Assembly: GCA_012862495.1 (NCBI GenBank)
Contig: BLSG01000273.1
Coordinates: 19,113-83,112, forward strand
Origin: Thraustochytrium aureum
Lineage: Eukaryota
DNA length: 64,000 bases
Direction: 5' to 3'
A model generated the notes under the pieces. The model had not been told where the DNA came from. It ran no database searches and saw only the letters and a program-made list of their open reading frames with translations. Positions 35,213-48,252 of this stretch are shown one piece after another. Positions within the stretch are counted from its first letter, which is position 1; each line of letters starts with the position of its first letter. Made by a program: the position numbers and the translations under genes.

Positions 35213-36445
35213 CTACACCTGCGCACATCGCTCTTGCAAGTCCAAGCCGAGCGGCTCCGTGAGGCAGCCGTCCGCTGCAGCCAGCGAGTCTACGTCCCCG
35301 CTCGCACCAGCTACTGGGACCAGCGGCGCAAGCCCGCTTCGGGCCTGCGCAAGAAGGCCGTCCGCCGAAAGGCCCGCCGAGTTTGCCAGAAAGCTAAACA
35401 ACGTGTTCCACACAAGCGAGATGCCAGCCATACCAACGCTTTGCAGGGACTCTGGCACGCGTGAGAAGACTACCGCCGTGACAGGGACCCAGAAAAGGAC
35501 AACTCCGGCCAGCGACCCCCAGTACCGCTCCTTGGCGTACGCAAGGGTTTCTTCCTGGCTCAGCCCACGCGCAGTGCCGTTCCAGTAGAAGAACGATGGG
35601 AGGTACACAAGCGGGTTGAACAGGCCGTGCTGCACAAGAAGCTTGCGCCCAAGCCCCTGCACCCGTTGGTGCAAGAAGGGCAGCCACACGTGGTTCACAG
35701 GCCCTGTCCAGCACGCCCCGTACGCGGTAAACGCCGCAAACCTCCTCCAGTCAAACCCGCCGTGGCCCCCCGGCCGTGCCCGTTCCGTTACGTCCATAGC
35801 CTGCGCNNNNNNNNNNNNNNNNNNNNNNNNNNNNNNNNNNNNNNNNNNNNNNNNNNNNNNNNNNNNNNNNNNNNNNNNNNNNNNNNNNNNNNNNNNNNNN
35901 NNNNNNNNNNNNNNNNNNNNNNNNNNNNNNNNNNNNNNNNNNNNNNNNNNNNNNNNNNNNNNNNNNNNNNNNNNNNNNNNNNNNNNNNNNNNNNNNNNNN
36001 NNNNNNNNNNNNNNNNNNNNNNNNNNNNNNNNNNNNNNNNNNNNNNNNNNNNNNNNNNNNNNNNNNNNNNNNNNNNNNNNNNNNNNNNNNNNNNNNNNNN
36101 NNNNNNNNNNNNNNNNNNNNNNNNNNNNNNNNNNNNNNNNNNNNNNNNNNNNNNNNNNNNNNNNNNNNNNNNNNNNNNNNNNNNNNNNNNNNNNNNNNNN
36201 NNNNNNNNNNNNNNNNNNNNNNNNNNNNNNNNNNNNNNNNNNNNNNNNNNNNNNNNNNNNNNNNNNNNNNNNNNNNNNNNNNNNNNNNNNNNNNNNNNNN
36301 NNNNNNNNNNNNNNNNNNNNNNNNNNNNNNNNNNNCGATCATCAAAACCGCCCCGGCGCGGCCCGCCAGGCGACCGATGCTTGCCAGCAGCGGGCCTGGC
36401 CAAGCGCAATGACTCCGCAGCGGCAGAGGCGAGCGAGCGGCGCAT
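35213..36445 (-). CDS. Mpv17/PMP22 family membrane protein (gap 35807-36335; start uncertain)
   Basis: FDWRRFAAFTAYGACWTGPVNHVW, KLLVQHGLFNPLVYLPSFF, FWVPVTAVVFSRVP and SLVWNTLFSFLAN. Confidence 0.88.
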   Translation of the reverse strand: MRRSLASAAAESLRLARPAAGKHRSPGGPRRGGFDDXXXXXXXXXXXXXXXXXXXXXXXXXXXXXXXXXXXXXXXXXXXXXXXXXXXXXXXXXXXXXXXXXXXXXXXXXXXXXXXXXXXXXXXXXXXXXXXXXXXXXXXXXXXXXXXXXXXXXXXXXXXXXXXXXXXXXXXXXXXXXXXXXXXXXXXXXXXXXXXXXXXXXXXXXXXXXXXXXAQAMDVTERARPGGHGGFDWRRFAAFTAYGACWTGPVNHVWLPFLHQRVQGLGRKLLVQHGLFNPLVYLPSFFYWNGTARGLSQEETLAYAKERYWGSLAGVVLFWVPVTAVVFSRVPESLQSVGMAGISLVWNTLFSFLANSAGLSADGLLAQARSGLAPLVPVAGASGDVDSLAAADGCLTEPLGLDLQERCAQV

Positions 36446-37099
36446 GCCGACTCGGGCAGCGGGGTGCCCAGGTTTGTGACGCCATAGAAGAGTCTGAAGT
36501 CGTCTTCTTGGGCGCGGTTGAGCGCCTTGGCACATCTTGAGCGAGAACCAACTGCTCGTGTACCTATGTGCTCGTGAGAGTCCCTGGCAGGACGCCGCTG
36601 GAGACGACGAGAAGCCTGTAGCGGGCTTGAGCTTGAGCGAGCAGGAATGGCCAACGTGGTCCATCAAACACAGAGATCCTCCGAGGCGGTGGCCCCCAGC
36701 CACAGGGAGCAGCCCGCAGATCTCCGCGACTGCACGCATGCTAGCTGTGGTGCGGTCGCGCGTCCACGGATGCGCGTTCGCGGCTGTGCTCGCATGCGGC
36801 AGCGCAATGTCGCCTGCCAGATTTCGAGTGAGCGACGGGATTTCATAGGAATGCGTTCCTCAATCAACCGTCGCAAGCAAGAAAATGGGACCCGACTGCA
36901 GAGCAGCAGAACAGCAGTCACCGTTCGAGTCGCGTGCCGGCGCCCTCGTGGTTACCACAGCAGCGAGCTGCCCCAATCACCGCGCAACGGGGCTGCAGAG
37001 ACCGGCTCTGGGTTGCGGGCAGCCTGGCATCCCCCCAACGGCCGCGCTTCGGACGGCACACGACGCGCTGGTTTTCTGGGTGGTCGGCCGAACGCCAAA

Positions 37100-40000
37100 A
37101 TGGGACGGAAGCGCGTCTGCGCGAAGCGGACGCTTTCCCGCGACCTGGCCGCCGCAATCGTCGTTACCGCTGTTGTGGCGCAGGTAGGAATCGGAATGAG
37201 AGCGCACAAGCCGTGGAGCGATGCGCACTGGTGCGAGCAGGTCATAGACCCGCACTGGCCCTTTTCAAGAGCCAAGGTAGACGGTCAGTCCGTCGAGCCA
37301 AAGGGGCGCACCACGTCCAACGAGCGCAACTTTGGCCACCCATGCAACACACGAGGCGCTCAAAGCAAGTGCCACCGGTGCGAGGATATCGTGTGCGGGG
37401 CCAACTTGGACCAAGTCTGCAACTTCCAGGTCCAGGGCATGGCCTGGTCCAACCTCCGCGACGATATCCCCAGCGTCTCAGATACGCCTTGGGCCGTTGN
37501 NNNNNNNNNNNNNNNNNNNNNNNNNNNNNNNNNNNNNNNNNNNNNNNNNNNNNNNNNNNNNNNNNNNNNNNNNNNNNNNNNNNNNNNNNNNNNNNNNNNN
37601 NNNNNNNNNNNNNNNNNNNNNNNNNNNNNNNNNNNNNNNNNNNNNNNNNNNNNNNNNNNNNNNNNNNNNNNNNNNNNNNNNNNNNNNNNNNNNNNNNNNN
37701 NNNNNNNNNNNNNNNNNNNNNNNNNNNNNNNNNNNNNNNNNNNNNNNNNNNNNNNNNNNNNNNNNNNNNNNNNNNNNNNNNNNNNNNNNNNNNNNNNNNN
37801 NNNNNNNNNNNNNNNNNNNNNNNNNNNNNNNNNNNNNNNNNNNNNNNNNNNNNNNNNNNNNNNNNNNNNNNNNNNNNNNNNNNNNNNNNNNNNNNNNNNN
37901 NNNNNNNNNNNNNNNNNNNNNNNNNNNNNNNNNNNNNNNNNNNNNNNNNNNNNNNNNNNNNNNNNNNNNNNNNNNNNNNNNNNNNNNNNNNNNNNNNNNN
38001 NNNNNNNNNNNNNNNNNNAGAGTGGTATGCGCGACGGCCCTGCCAGCTCAGCGCTCTTCAACTCTCCCACAAGCATCTCGCTCTACTACGACTGGACCGT
38101 CAAGCTTGACTCGCGGACGGGGACCCCCATCAGCCGAGGAGTGGGCGACCTCGTGCTGGTCATTAGCGACACAAACAACCACCGCCTACGCCGCATAGTG
38201 GTTCCCGTAGGCGGCGCTAGCGGCGCACTGCAAGTCGAGACGCTGGCGGGCCGCTTGGGCCTGCCTGCAGAGCCCGGCTACAGCGACGGAGACGCGACAG
38301 AGGCGCGATTCAACATGCCCCTAGGGTGGCCGCGGATGATGACGGCATCGTTTTCGTTGCCGACTCACACAACCACCTCATCCGCAGAGTCTCGCCTGAC
38401 GGCGACGTCATTACGCTTGCCGGCAAGCTCGGGCTACCGCTCGAGATCGACGCCTCGGATCCCACCTCGCTCGCGTCCTGCGCACCGCCTTGCTTGCGCG
38501 GCATCGCAGGCGATGAAGACGGTCCTCTCGACGCCGCAAAGTTCTTCTTCCCTTCTGACGTCGCAATCGGCCTCCAAAACACCATCCTTGTTGTAGACGG
38601 GAACCGAGTCCGCCAGGTCACGCGGCAAGGCACAACTTCTGTGGTTCGCGGCGAGACGTTTGCGAATAGCGTGACCACAGTGGCCGGCCGATTCGGCAGT
38701 GACGCAAATGGCAAAGCAGACGGAGTCGGGGCGGAAGCAACATTCAATGCGCCTTCGTCGATTGTGATGGACACGCTGACGGGGCGGATATTTGTGGCAG
38801 ACACGGCCTCCTGCCGGCTGCGCCGCATCACACCTGCTGAGCAGGTCGCCCGTGCAGTGCAGTGCACAACTACCTTGGTGGATGTAATACGTCCCAGCGG
38901 GTGCAGCTCGTTAACCCCCCGCTGGACTCGCTCCAGCTCCAAGCAACAGACGTGGCCGGCGACACGCACTACAACTATGACCAGCGAGCGGGGGAAGGCA
39001 AGCTCGGCGATTGGACGATCGCGGAGAGCAACTATTTCGGCCGTCGCCTGTGGCGCTGCCAGGGCTCGCCCCCGCCGGCGAGAGGGGTGCAAAGCACTGG
39101 AGCGACGACAGGGTCTCGCCTTGACACGGACGCCATGGAGCTCATCGTCGACGAAGATACGGGCCAGGGCACCGCAATCTACATCAACTGCCCGGCCAGT
39201 TGCGCCGGTGAAGCCTCAGCCGCGTTTTTGGCGCTGGCCCCTTCGCCGACGACTCGTCGTTGTGCCGGGCCGCGCTGCTGGCCGGGGTGATTACAGACGC
39301 GGCGGGCGGTCTCGTGCGTATCGTGCTCGAGCCCGGGACACTTGAAGACCTCTTGTCTTCGAGCCTCCACGGCGTCACGAGCGAGGCGCGCTCGGGGGGC
39401 TGGCAGCGCCTCTTTCGCGCCGAGGCGCACCCGATTCGCAACGTGCACGTTGCGACGATTGCCGGGTCTCCTGCGGCGCCCCTTGAATCCCCATGTGGCA
39501 CCCCGGGTGCAGACGACTATCGGGTCCCGCTCGAGGCGCGCTTCAACCTGCCGAGCGGCATCGCGCTCCCAGCGAACCAGTCCCTGTCCGATACCCAAAT
39601 GCTGTTTGTTGCAGACACGGCCAACAACGCCATCCAGGGCGTCACCGCGACGTGCAGCAAGGTGTGTGAGAATGGGGCGACCTGCGTCGGCGACGACCAG
39701 TGCTCTTGCGCGGCAGGCTGGGACGGGGATGATTGCACGACCCCCGTCTGCTCGCCCTCGTGCATGGGACTCCGGCAATTCTGTGTTGGCCCTGATACGT
39801 GCGCCTGTGTGCCAGGGTACACAAACTTTCCTGCATGTGACGTGCCGACGTGCGTTCAACAGTGCGCCAACAGTGCCACGTGCTCTGCGCCGGACACGTG
39901 CAGCTGCGCTCCTGGGTGGACTGATGCAAACTGCACGACACCGGTTTGCGACCAGACATGCGGAAACGGAGCCAACTGCACGGCACCAAACGTTTGTACC

Positions 40001-42476
40001 TGCCCAGAGGACTGGACCGGGATCGACTGTCGAACGCCGGTCTGTCGCCAGAGCTGCGCGAACAACGGCGCATGTGTTGCGCCAGACACGTGTGCCTGCC
40101 CCCCCGAGTGGAGCGGGCACGACTGCTCGCTCCCGGTGTGCTCGCAGGGCTTTCTTGTGCCGGACCCCTCAAGCTACGCGGGTTCCGCCTCTGCTCTGGC
40201 CCGTCGTGTCGCGGACGCCGGGCGGCGTCCGCAGCAACAAGGTCCTCAGCACCTGGCTGGCTCGCATTGGCTCCAGTACGTCCCATGCGACGACCCGTAT
40301 CCCGAAACGTGGTGCGACTCGACGAATGGGTTTGACTGTGGCCAACCGGCTCGCACTGTGTCGCGTACCGAGGTCCTTCGCGGACCTGCTTGGCGGACTG
40401 TGACCGGCTTCAACACGACGGACGGCTCGCAGGTGGAAGGCGGTGGCGGGCATTGTGTTCGCCTGGAGCTGGCAGTCGGGGCACGCACCCCGTTTCCGTA
40501 CGAGATGGAGGACTCTCCCGACCACCTGACTGCGCTGTGGAGATTCCCGCCCACAACCCCCATATGGGTGGAACGCCTCGTTCGCGCCAGGACCCGACAC
40601 GCGACAAGACCGCAGCGAGGGCAGACTGGGTTGGCAAGCCCCAGGCCCCGCGAACCCGGACCGCATGATCGCGCACGCGAAATGGGCCAGCGTCGCGCAG
40701 GGCGCCTACGCATGCGCGAACGGGGGGGGCTGCACAGCCCCAGACACTTGTTCGTGCGCGCCGGGCTGGATCGGCTTTGACTGCAGGACGCCGGTCTGCG
40801 AGCAGGGCTACTACGTTCCGCCGTCGTCGACGCAGCCTGGCGCTGTCGAGTTGGCAGAGGGCGGGCTGGTGGCCGAGCCGTTCCCAGGCCAAGGGCTGTA
40901 CGAGTGCTCTGTTCGGTCGGTGAGCGCCTGGGAAAACGAAGGGTACCTCTTCAACCACCCCAACTACTACTCGCGATACATGGACCACCATGCCTCAGAG
41001 TGGTCGCCGGAAACGCGGTACCAGCTCGAGCCCGAGACGCCTCATTACTGGGACGGCATGGGCTGGCCCGCCACGCACGAGCACACAGAGCCGGACGGCA
41101 ACCACACCAAGCGCGGGTGGACCCGAAACGGGTACTGGAAACTCAACAGCGGCGCCGCGTGGCGCAAGGGCAAGTGCACTGTGGAGTTTTCTCGCACGTG
41201 TCCAGGCGACTCGATCAAAGCGCTCGACGTCCGCACGCTGGAGAACGGGCTCCCCGTCATGGACACAAACAGCTCGTACAGAGCGGTGGTAATGCACTCG
41301 GATGAGCGGACCCGCGCCGTCGGGCGATGGAGTTCAGCCGGCGGCGAATGCATCGATCACGTGCTTCGCGGATGCAAGAATAACGGGACCTGCGTCGCGC
41401 CGAACACGTGCGAGTGTGCGCCTGGCTGGACCGGCCCGGACTGCACCGTCCCCGTATGCGAGCAGACCTGGCCCGCGAAGCAAACGAGGACCTCGGATAC
41501 GACAACAACGGGTTCAAGGTGTTTCGCCGCGGCATGGGGTGGTGCACGCTGCCCGACACGTGCACGTGCGAGCGCGGATGGACCGGGCACGACTGCACAA
41601 CCCCGCTGTGCGCGCAAGATTGCAATAATGCTGGCAAGTGCACTGCTCCGGACACGTGCACCTGCGCGAGGTGGGAGTCGATGTGGCGGGACGGCCGCCG
41701 CGACGGCGGCCAGCCAGTGTATCAGGATCAATTGGGAAATCCGCAGCTCACAGGCTGGACAGGGTACGACTGCGCGACTCCGATTTGCGTCCAAGCCGAG
41801 CAGTTTGTTCTCAACGACCAAGTTGGGACCGTCCGACTCGGAGGGTACGGTCTGGTCTTGTTCGGCGAGGAGCCAGTCAACAATTTGTGGCGGCCCGACC
41901 TCACAGCGCCGCCGTACCTCCCGTACACGCTGTCGAACGACATTCCGCCCGTCAAGCAGTGGCTCCCCAGCTTGCGCGAGCACAACTTGGCGCTCTGGGC
42001 CTTGGATGAAGAGTTTTTGGAGGAGCGATACAGGCTGTGTCGCATGCAAAAGCTGCGGTTTTGCACCTCGTTCCCCGAAGCAAGTCCGTTGCGGCCAACG
42101 TGGTCTCCCGGGGACGGCGAGGTGGTCCGCAATGACGGCCGCAGCTTCCAGTCAGGCTGCAAGTCGTGGAGCAACCGCTTTTCGGACGCGCTCGAGGGCG
42201 TGTCGATCGGCGACCTCTGCAACCAAGGGCTGTGGGAGCAGGGCGACTACGACGAGGGCCGCTACATTCGCCAGAGCAACGACGCGACGAGCTACATCAG
42301 AAACTCTTCGTTCTCCTTGGCGGAGAGGCTGTCGGCGATGCCGCAGTTCTACAAGGACCTCCAGGCCCCCGTTGGCGAGGGGGTCTACGCCTGCTACAAC
42401 AAGGGCAGCTGCGTGGCGCCGGACCTCTGCTCGTGCCCGGACGGGTTCACCGGGACCGATTGCTCCGTTCCTTTGT
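37100..42476 (+). CDS. Very large secreted/surface protein: NHL repeats + LCCL domain + many EGF-like repeats (>=5 frameshifts, two gaps, 3' end in gap)
   Basis: N-terminal hydrophobic segment; NHL repeats (FNSPTSI..ISDTNNHRLRRI, FVADSHNHLIRRV, FNAPSSI..FVADTASCRLRRI); LCCL-like CPASC..VFGAGPFADDSSLCRAALLAGVI; repeated C.NG..C.APDTC.C..GW.G.DC..PVC. Confidence 0.8.
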
Positions 42477-43449
42477 NNNNNNNNNNNNNNNNNNNNNNNN
42501 NNNNNNNNNNNNNNNNNNNNNNNNNNNNNNNNNNNNNNNNNNNNNNNNNNNNNNNNNNNNNNNNNNNNNNNNNNNNNNNNNNNNNNNNNNNNNNNNNNNN
42601 NNNNNNNNNNNNNNNNNNNNNNNNNNNNNNNNNNNNNNNNNNNNNNNNNNNNNNNNNNNNNNNNNNNNNNNNNNNNNNNNNNNNNNNNNNNNNNNNNNNN
42701 NNNNNNNNNNNNNNNNNNNNNNNNNNNNNNNNNNNNNNNNNNNNNNNNNNNNNNNNNNNNNNNNNNNNNNNNNNNNNNNNNNNNNNNNNNNNNNNNNNNN
42801 NNNNNNNNNNNNNNNNNNNNNNNNNNNNNNNNNNNNNNNNNNNNNNNNNNNNNNNNNNNNNNNNNNNNNNNNNNNNNNNNNNNNNNNNNNNNNNNNNNNN
42901 NNNNNNNNNNNNNNNNNNNNNNNNNNNNNNNNNNNNNNNNNNNNNNNNNNNNNNNNNNNNNNNNNNNNNNNNNNNNNNNNNNNNNNNNNNNNNNNNNNNN
43001 NNNNNNNNNNNNNNNNNNNNNNNNNNNNNNNNNNNNNNNNNNNNNNNNNNNNNNNNNNNNNNNNNNNNNNNNNNNNNNNNNNNNNNNNNNNNNNNNNNNN
43101 NNNNNNNNNNNNNNNNNNNNNNNNNNNNNNNNNNNNNNNNNNNNNNNNNNNNNNNNNNNNNNNNNNNNNNNNNNNNNNNNNNNNNNNNNNNNNNNNNNNN
43201 NNNNNNNNNNNNNNNNNNNNNNNNNNNNNNNNNNNNNNNNNNNNNNNNNNNNNNNNNNNNNNNNNNNNNNNNNNNNNNNNNNNNNNNNNNNNNNNNNNNN
43301 NNNNNNNNNNNNNNNNNNNNNNNNNNNNNNNNNNNNNNNNNNNNNNNNNNNNNNNNNNNNNNNNNNNNNNNNNNNNNNNNNNNNNNNNNNNNNNNNNNNN
43401 NNNNNNNNNNNNNNNNNNNNNNNNNNNNNNNNNNNNNNNNNNNNNNNNN

Positions 43450-46400
43450 GTTGAGCCAGAAGACGGCGTGCGCTTGGTAGGCAGCGACGTGCGGGACGAG
43501 CTCCTCACAGACGCGTGTGAGCATGTCGAGAGAATCGAGCCACGGGCACGAGCCGCCAAGCACCGCCGCGCTCTCGCTGCTGCTCACTGAAGAGTCGCCC
43601 TTGACCCCAAGGTTGGCCAGAGCTACCGTTGTGCAGCTCGTCAGCACGGAAACGACCACGCCAGAGCTCCTCAATGCGAGTTGAGCGCCATGCGCCTTGA
43701 CGAGCGCAAAGAAAACGTTGACGCCAGCCTTGAACAGCTCCCCGTGAGAGCCATTGTCAACGCGATCAGCTTGGCCGGCCACCGAGGCCGACGATGCGAG
43801 CAGCGACACGCCCTCGAGGATAACGCGCGAGTTGCGCGGGTTCTTCTCTCCCCAAAGCCCGCGCACGTTGATGATCAGGTCCTGCACGACCGCCAAAGCG
43901 GCGAGCGAGCCGGCCGCCGGAAAGCCAGACGATGGCGAGCAGCCGATTCGAACAAGAGCGACAAGCATGGCCTGCCCCCCGATGTCGAGCAAGAGCTGGG
44001 TCCTGCTGCGCGCACTCGTCAACGTGCTCCTGACCAGCGCAAGGGTCTCTACGGCGGCCTGCGCGACTTGCACAGCGTCGGGCCCACTCTGCGAAGCGGG
44101 CGCGCGCACCCTGTCAAGGTCTTGGAGCAGGCCGCGCAGTAGGAGCGGCAGCTCCGCCTCCACAGTGGCCGACTCGTACAGCATCGTTGTGGCCGCGTCG
44201 AGCTCTGAGCCCGGGTCTTCAACGCCGCTGCCTTGAGTCGCTCGTCCCACGGCTAAGATGCGCGCCGAGCGGATCGCACTCGCGAGCCGCGCAAACCCCG
44301 TGGCCCTCGCGGTCTTCCGCATGGCGGGCCAGGCCCGGCACGTTGCGCGCAGGAAAAAGGCAAAGTGCTGGCCGGCGTCTGCGACGCGAGCTTTGAGGGA
44401 GGCGCGCGTCGCCGTCGCGGTTTTCTTGACCAGCTCGGCGGCAGCCTCGACGCCCTCCAGTGCGTGGCCGGCTTCAACTAGAAAGGCTAGCAACGCGAAC
44501 CGCGCCGGCGCGTCCGAGGGGAGCGCCTCGGCCTCCTCCAGCGCGGCAAAGGCAAGCGCGATGAGGATGTCTTGCGAATCGGGCTCAATCTTGCGAAAGC
44601 TCCTGTCCCGGCCGGCCTGCCGGGCTGCTCCGAGGAGCACTGCAAAGAGGAGTTCGCGGTCTGGCGAGTCTCTCGGCGCCTTCATGAGCGCCCGGGCCAT
44701 CCGGTCGAACGAGGGCGGCGCGTGGTGGAAGAGCGACCCGCCGATGCGACGCGCGAGGTCCACTGCGGGCTTGTCTGAACGCGTCCAGACGCATGATTTG
44801 AGGGCCTTGAGCTTGACAAGTCCACGACTTGATTTGCTTGCGACGACCGAGTGGTTCCACCTGAGTGCGGCTTCCGCGGCGCGGCAGGCCCCGACATGAC
44901 AGTCGGGCGTCCAGGCAGCCATTGCCGCGCGGAAAACACGCTCCGCACAGTCTGGCAGGACGTAGCCTTGGGGAAGGGCGGAGACGATCAGGAGCAGGGT
45001 GTTTCGCTTCTCGCACTCGGCAATGGCTGAGGAGATGGCTTCACCTGCACGGTTGCGGAAGAGCTCGAGTTCGTAGAACGCGGCGTTGCACAACGGCGAG
45101 TCCGCAGAGCCGCTTACAGCGAGATCGATAGCGCGTCGCCAAACGCGGTTTGCAACGTCGTGCAGGGCGCCGGAAGGCCTGCAGCCGTCAAGCGCAGTCA
45201 GGTGCTCCAACACGATTGCACTGTTATCAGGGCTGTCGAGCCCGCGAGCCAAAACATGCAGCAACCTCTCGGTTTGTGCTTGGCCCTCAACCGTGACCCC
45301 CGCCCGCGCCGACGAGCGCAGTTCGGCGGCGACAAGCTGGAGCACGGCGCGCGACAGCACGCTGTGTTCAAAACCCTTTGGCTTGGCTGAATCTCGCTCG
45401 ACCTTTTCGATGGCGGCGGCAAGGCCAAGGACAAAGCCAGCGTCCTCTGCTTGTTCCTCCACGCGCGCTTCATCGTTTGCGCCGGGGTCTGTCTTGGCCA
45501 GCCCCCAGGCTCGAGCGATGCGAGTTACTCCGCTCGTGGCTTGCAGGAGGACTGCGTGCGCGGCCAAGAGGGGGCCGGGCGTGTCGGGGTCGACCTCGGC
45601 CTTGATCTCGTCTCGGAGCCGAGCGGCTTGCCGGCCTAGGTCGTCTATGTTGCGCTCCGTAAGCGGCACAAACTCCACGAAAGTGGCCAAAAGAGATCCC
45701 GCGAGGAGTGCTGCGTACCGGTCGGCAGGCGCGGCGGCCGCTGCGCTTGCTGTGTACTCTTTGAAGAGGTCAACGAGCTGGTGCCACAGCTCGGTGACCT
45801 GGCCAGGCGGGACTCGGGCGAACAAGGCGCCCGTTGCTTCTCGCATTGTGGCATCGCCAGCGACACACTCGGCAGCGCGGCGCGTCAGCTCGGGGCCGTT
45901 CCCGTCGCTGGAGGTCGCCGAACTCAGCAAGTGGGGGATCAGCGTTCCGAGTTGGCGGAGCTTGACGTAGCAGTCGATGAGGCGAAGCAGGAGCTCGGCG
46001 CGAGGCGAGAAGTCGAGGCACAGGTCGGCGGCGTGGGTGGCCGCAATCCCATGCGCGGCCATCGGCTCACTCATATACGCGAACTGCAGCGTTTGGTCCA
46101 GCTTGTTGCCGAGGATGCGATGGTCGATGTCCAGCAGGACGCCAACGATGGCAGCTCTTGCAGGAAGCAACGCGGCCGCGTCAACTGCAGCAGAGTCCCA
46201 GGTGGAAAACTCGGCGGAGAACCACTGCGCCATGGCACGCGTGTCCATCAGGTTCGCAGCATTGAGCAGGTCAAAGTCTACGACGACGCGAAGGCAGCTC
46301 GCGCATGCTGCCNNNNNNNNNNNNNNNNNNNNNNNNNNNNNNNNNNNNNNNNNNNNNNNNNNNNNNNNNNNNNNNNNNNNNNNNNNNNNNNNNNNNNNNN

Positions 46401-47800
46401 NNNNNNNNNNNNNNNNNNNNNNNNNNNNNNNNNNNNNNNNNNNNNNNNNNNNNNNNNNNNNNNNNNNNNNNNNNNNNNNNNNNNNNNNNNNNNNNNNNNN
46501 NNNNNNNNNNNNNNNNNNNNNNNNNNNNNNNNNNNNNNNNNNNNNNNNNNNNNNNNNNNNNNNNNNNNNNNNNNNNNNNNNNNNNNNNNNNNNNNNNNNN
46601 NNNNNNNNNNNNNNNNNNNNNNNNNNNNNNNNNNNNNNNNNNNNNNNNNNNNNNNNNNNNNNNNNNNNNNNNNNNNNNNNNNAGGCGTCTGCTTCCGGCT
46701 CATCCGGTCCCTCGGCTTCGCCCTCGGCGCGATCGTGAACGAGGCTTGCTGCGGCGCCTTGGCCGTCGCCGCTCGCTTGAGTGGCCGCGGCGAACATGCG
46801 GAGCAGCACTGGTGCGGCGCGCGACGCCGAGGCGCCGTCGCGTCCTGGGCAAGGAGGCTAGCGAGCTGCACGAAGAGCTGCCGCGTGTAGCTAACGAGAA
46901 GGGCGTTCTTCTTCGATTTGCGGCGCTTCGCGTCGCCCTGGTCGCGCTTCGCATCTCCGAGGTGCTCCCACGCACCAAGCGCCGACTCGTACTGCGCAAG
47001 CGTTTCCGGGTCGAAGAGCGCCTTGCTCAGAAATTGGTCTGTGGCGTGCAGAGCGTCAGCGGCCTGCTCCTCAATTCCACGTTCGGAGCTCAAGCTTGCC
47101 TCAGTCGGGCCCTTGTTCTCGTCGGCCTTTTGGGGCGCGCGAACCGGGAGCGGGACGAGCACGCGACGCGGGGCGGCCTCGAGCCGCTCTAGCGCAGCGC
47201 GGAGCTTGGACAGTGGCGAGAGCATTGCCTTCAGCGAGACCTCGAACAATTTGCGCGGCGGCAGAGCTTGCGAGACTTGCAAGGCGATCCCCAGCAGGGT
47301 TTGGGCGAGGACGATCAGCGCCACCTTTGGCGCGCCCTGGGGCGCGAGCGCCTCGGCAGTGGCCTCCAGCGCCGGCGCGAGGGAGGGTAGGGCGGGACGA
47401 ACGTTCAGCGAGTCGGCAAGGCCCACGAGCGCCGCCTGGGCGGCTTGGACACCGCGTAGGGTCGCATTTTCGCTCAGGAGGGCCGGGAGCGCCCCGAAAA
47501 CGCCCGCTGCAAGCTTGCTGGAGAGAACGCTGCCCCACTTGTCGATTCTCCCGAGTGCGTTGACGGCGCAAGCGAGGGTGTTCCAGTACTCCTCGCTAGC
47601 CTTGTCGACGTTGATGGCGCCGCACGCCCAGTCCACGATCGCCCTTAGCGTCTGCGCCCTCGCGCTGACGAGGCCTTCATGAGGCTGCCGACGACTTTCG
47701 CTCTCCAGGAACTCGGTGGCCGCGCTCGCCTGCTCGCCAAGCAAGCTCAATTTTTCTTCCTGAGCAGCTCCGCGAGCGCCGTGCCGTGTTCGGCAGCCAT
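43450..47800 (-). CDS. URB2/Npa2-like large helical ribosome-biogenesis protein (frameshifts ~47752 and ~46820; 3' end in gap)
   Basis: About 1400 aa of helical sequence. The N-terminus (L..LLRKKKLS...IVDWA) and the C-terminal LTRVCEELVPHVAAYQAHAVFWL resemble URB2. The gene is secure; its identity is an inference. Confidence 0.55.
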
Positions 47801-48252
47801 ATCGGCGCACCGCGTCCGCCACACGCCGAGCACGAGGACGTCACGTCTCCTTCGTCCGAAATCGCCCGAGTCGCCCGAAATCGCCCGAATTCGGCGAGTT
47901 CCAAAGCCGTCGCAGCGCGTCGCAGCGAGCGGCGCGCGAGTCGCGGTCTCGTCCAATTGGCGCACTGCGCAGCCTTGCGCGAAACCTCCCGAGCGCCCCT
48001 TCCTCCGCGCGCAACACGACGCAACACGCCCCCTTGAAGACTCTGCCCTCTCGGGCCACCACAGACTCGCTGCTTTTCGCGNNNNNNNNNNNNNNNNNNN
48101 NNNNNNNNNNNNNNNNNNNNNNNNNNNNNNNNNNNNNNNNNNNNNNNNNNNNNNNNNNNNNNNNNNNNNNNNNNNNNNNNNNNNNNNNNNNNNNNNNNNN
48201 NNNNNNNNNNNNNNNNNNNNNNNNNNNNNNNNAGGCGTAGAGGCGCGCTGCG

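Noticed and set aside
42394..46809. 1471-aa ORF and other long ORFs spanning N gaps
   Set aside because: Lengths are inflated by translating N as X; only the non-gap parts were used.
47835..47900. Short tcgcccga repeats and an acgtcacgt CRE-like site upstream of URB2-like
   Set aside because: Too short to distinguish from chance in GC-rich DNA without genome-wide statistics.
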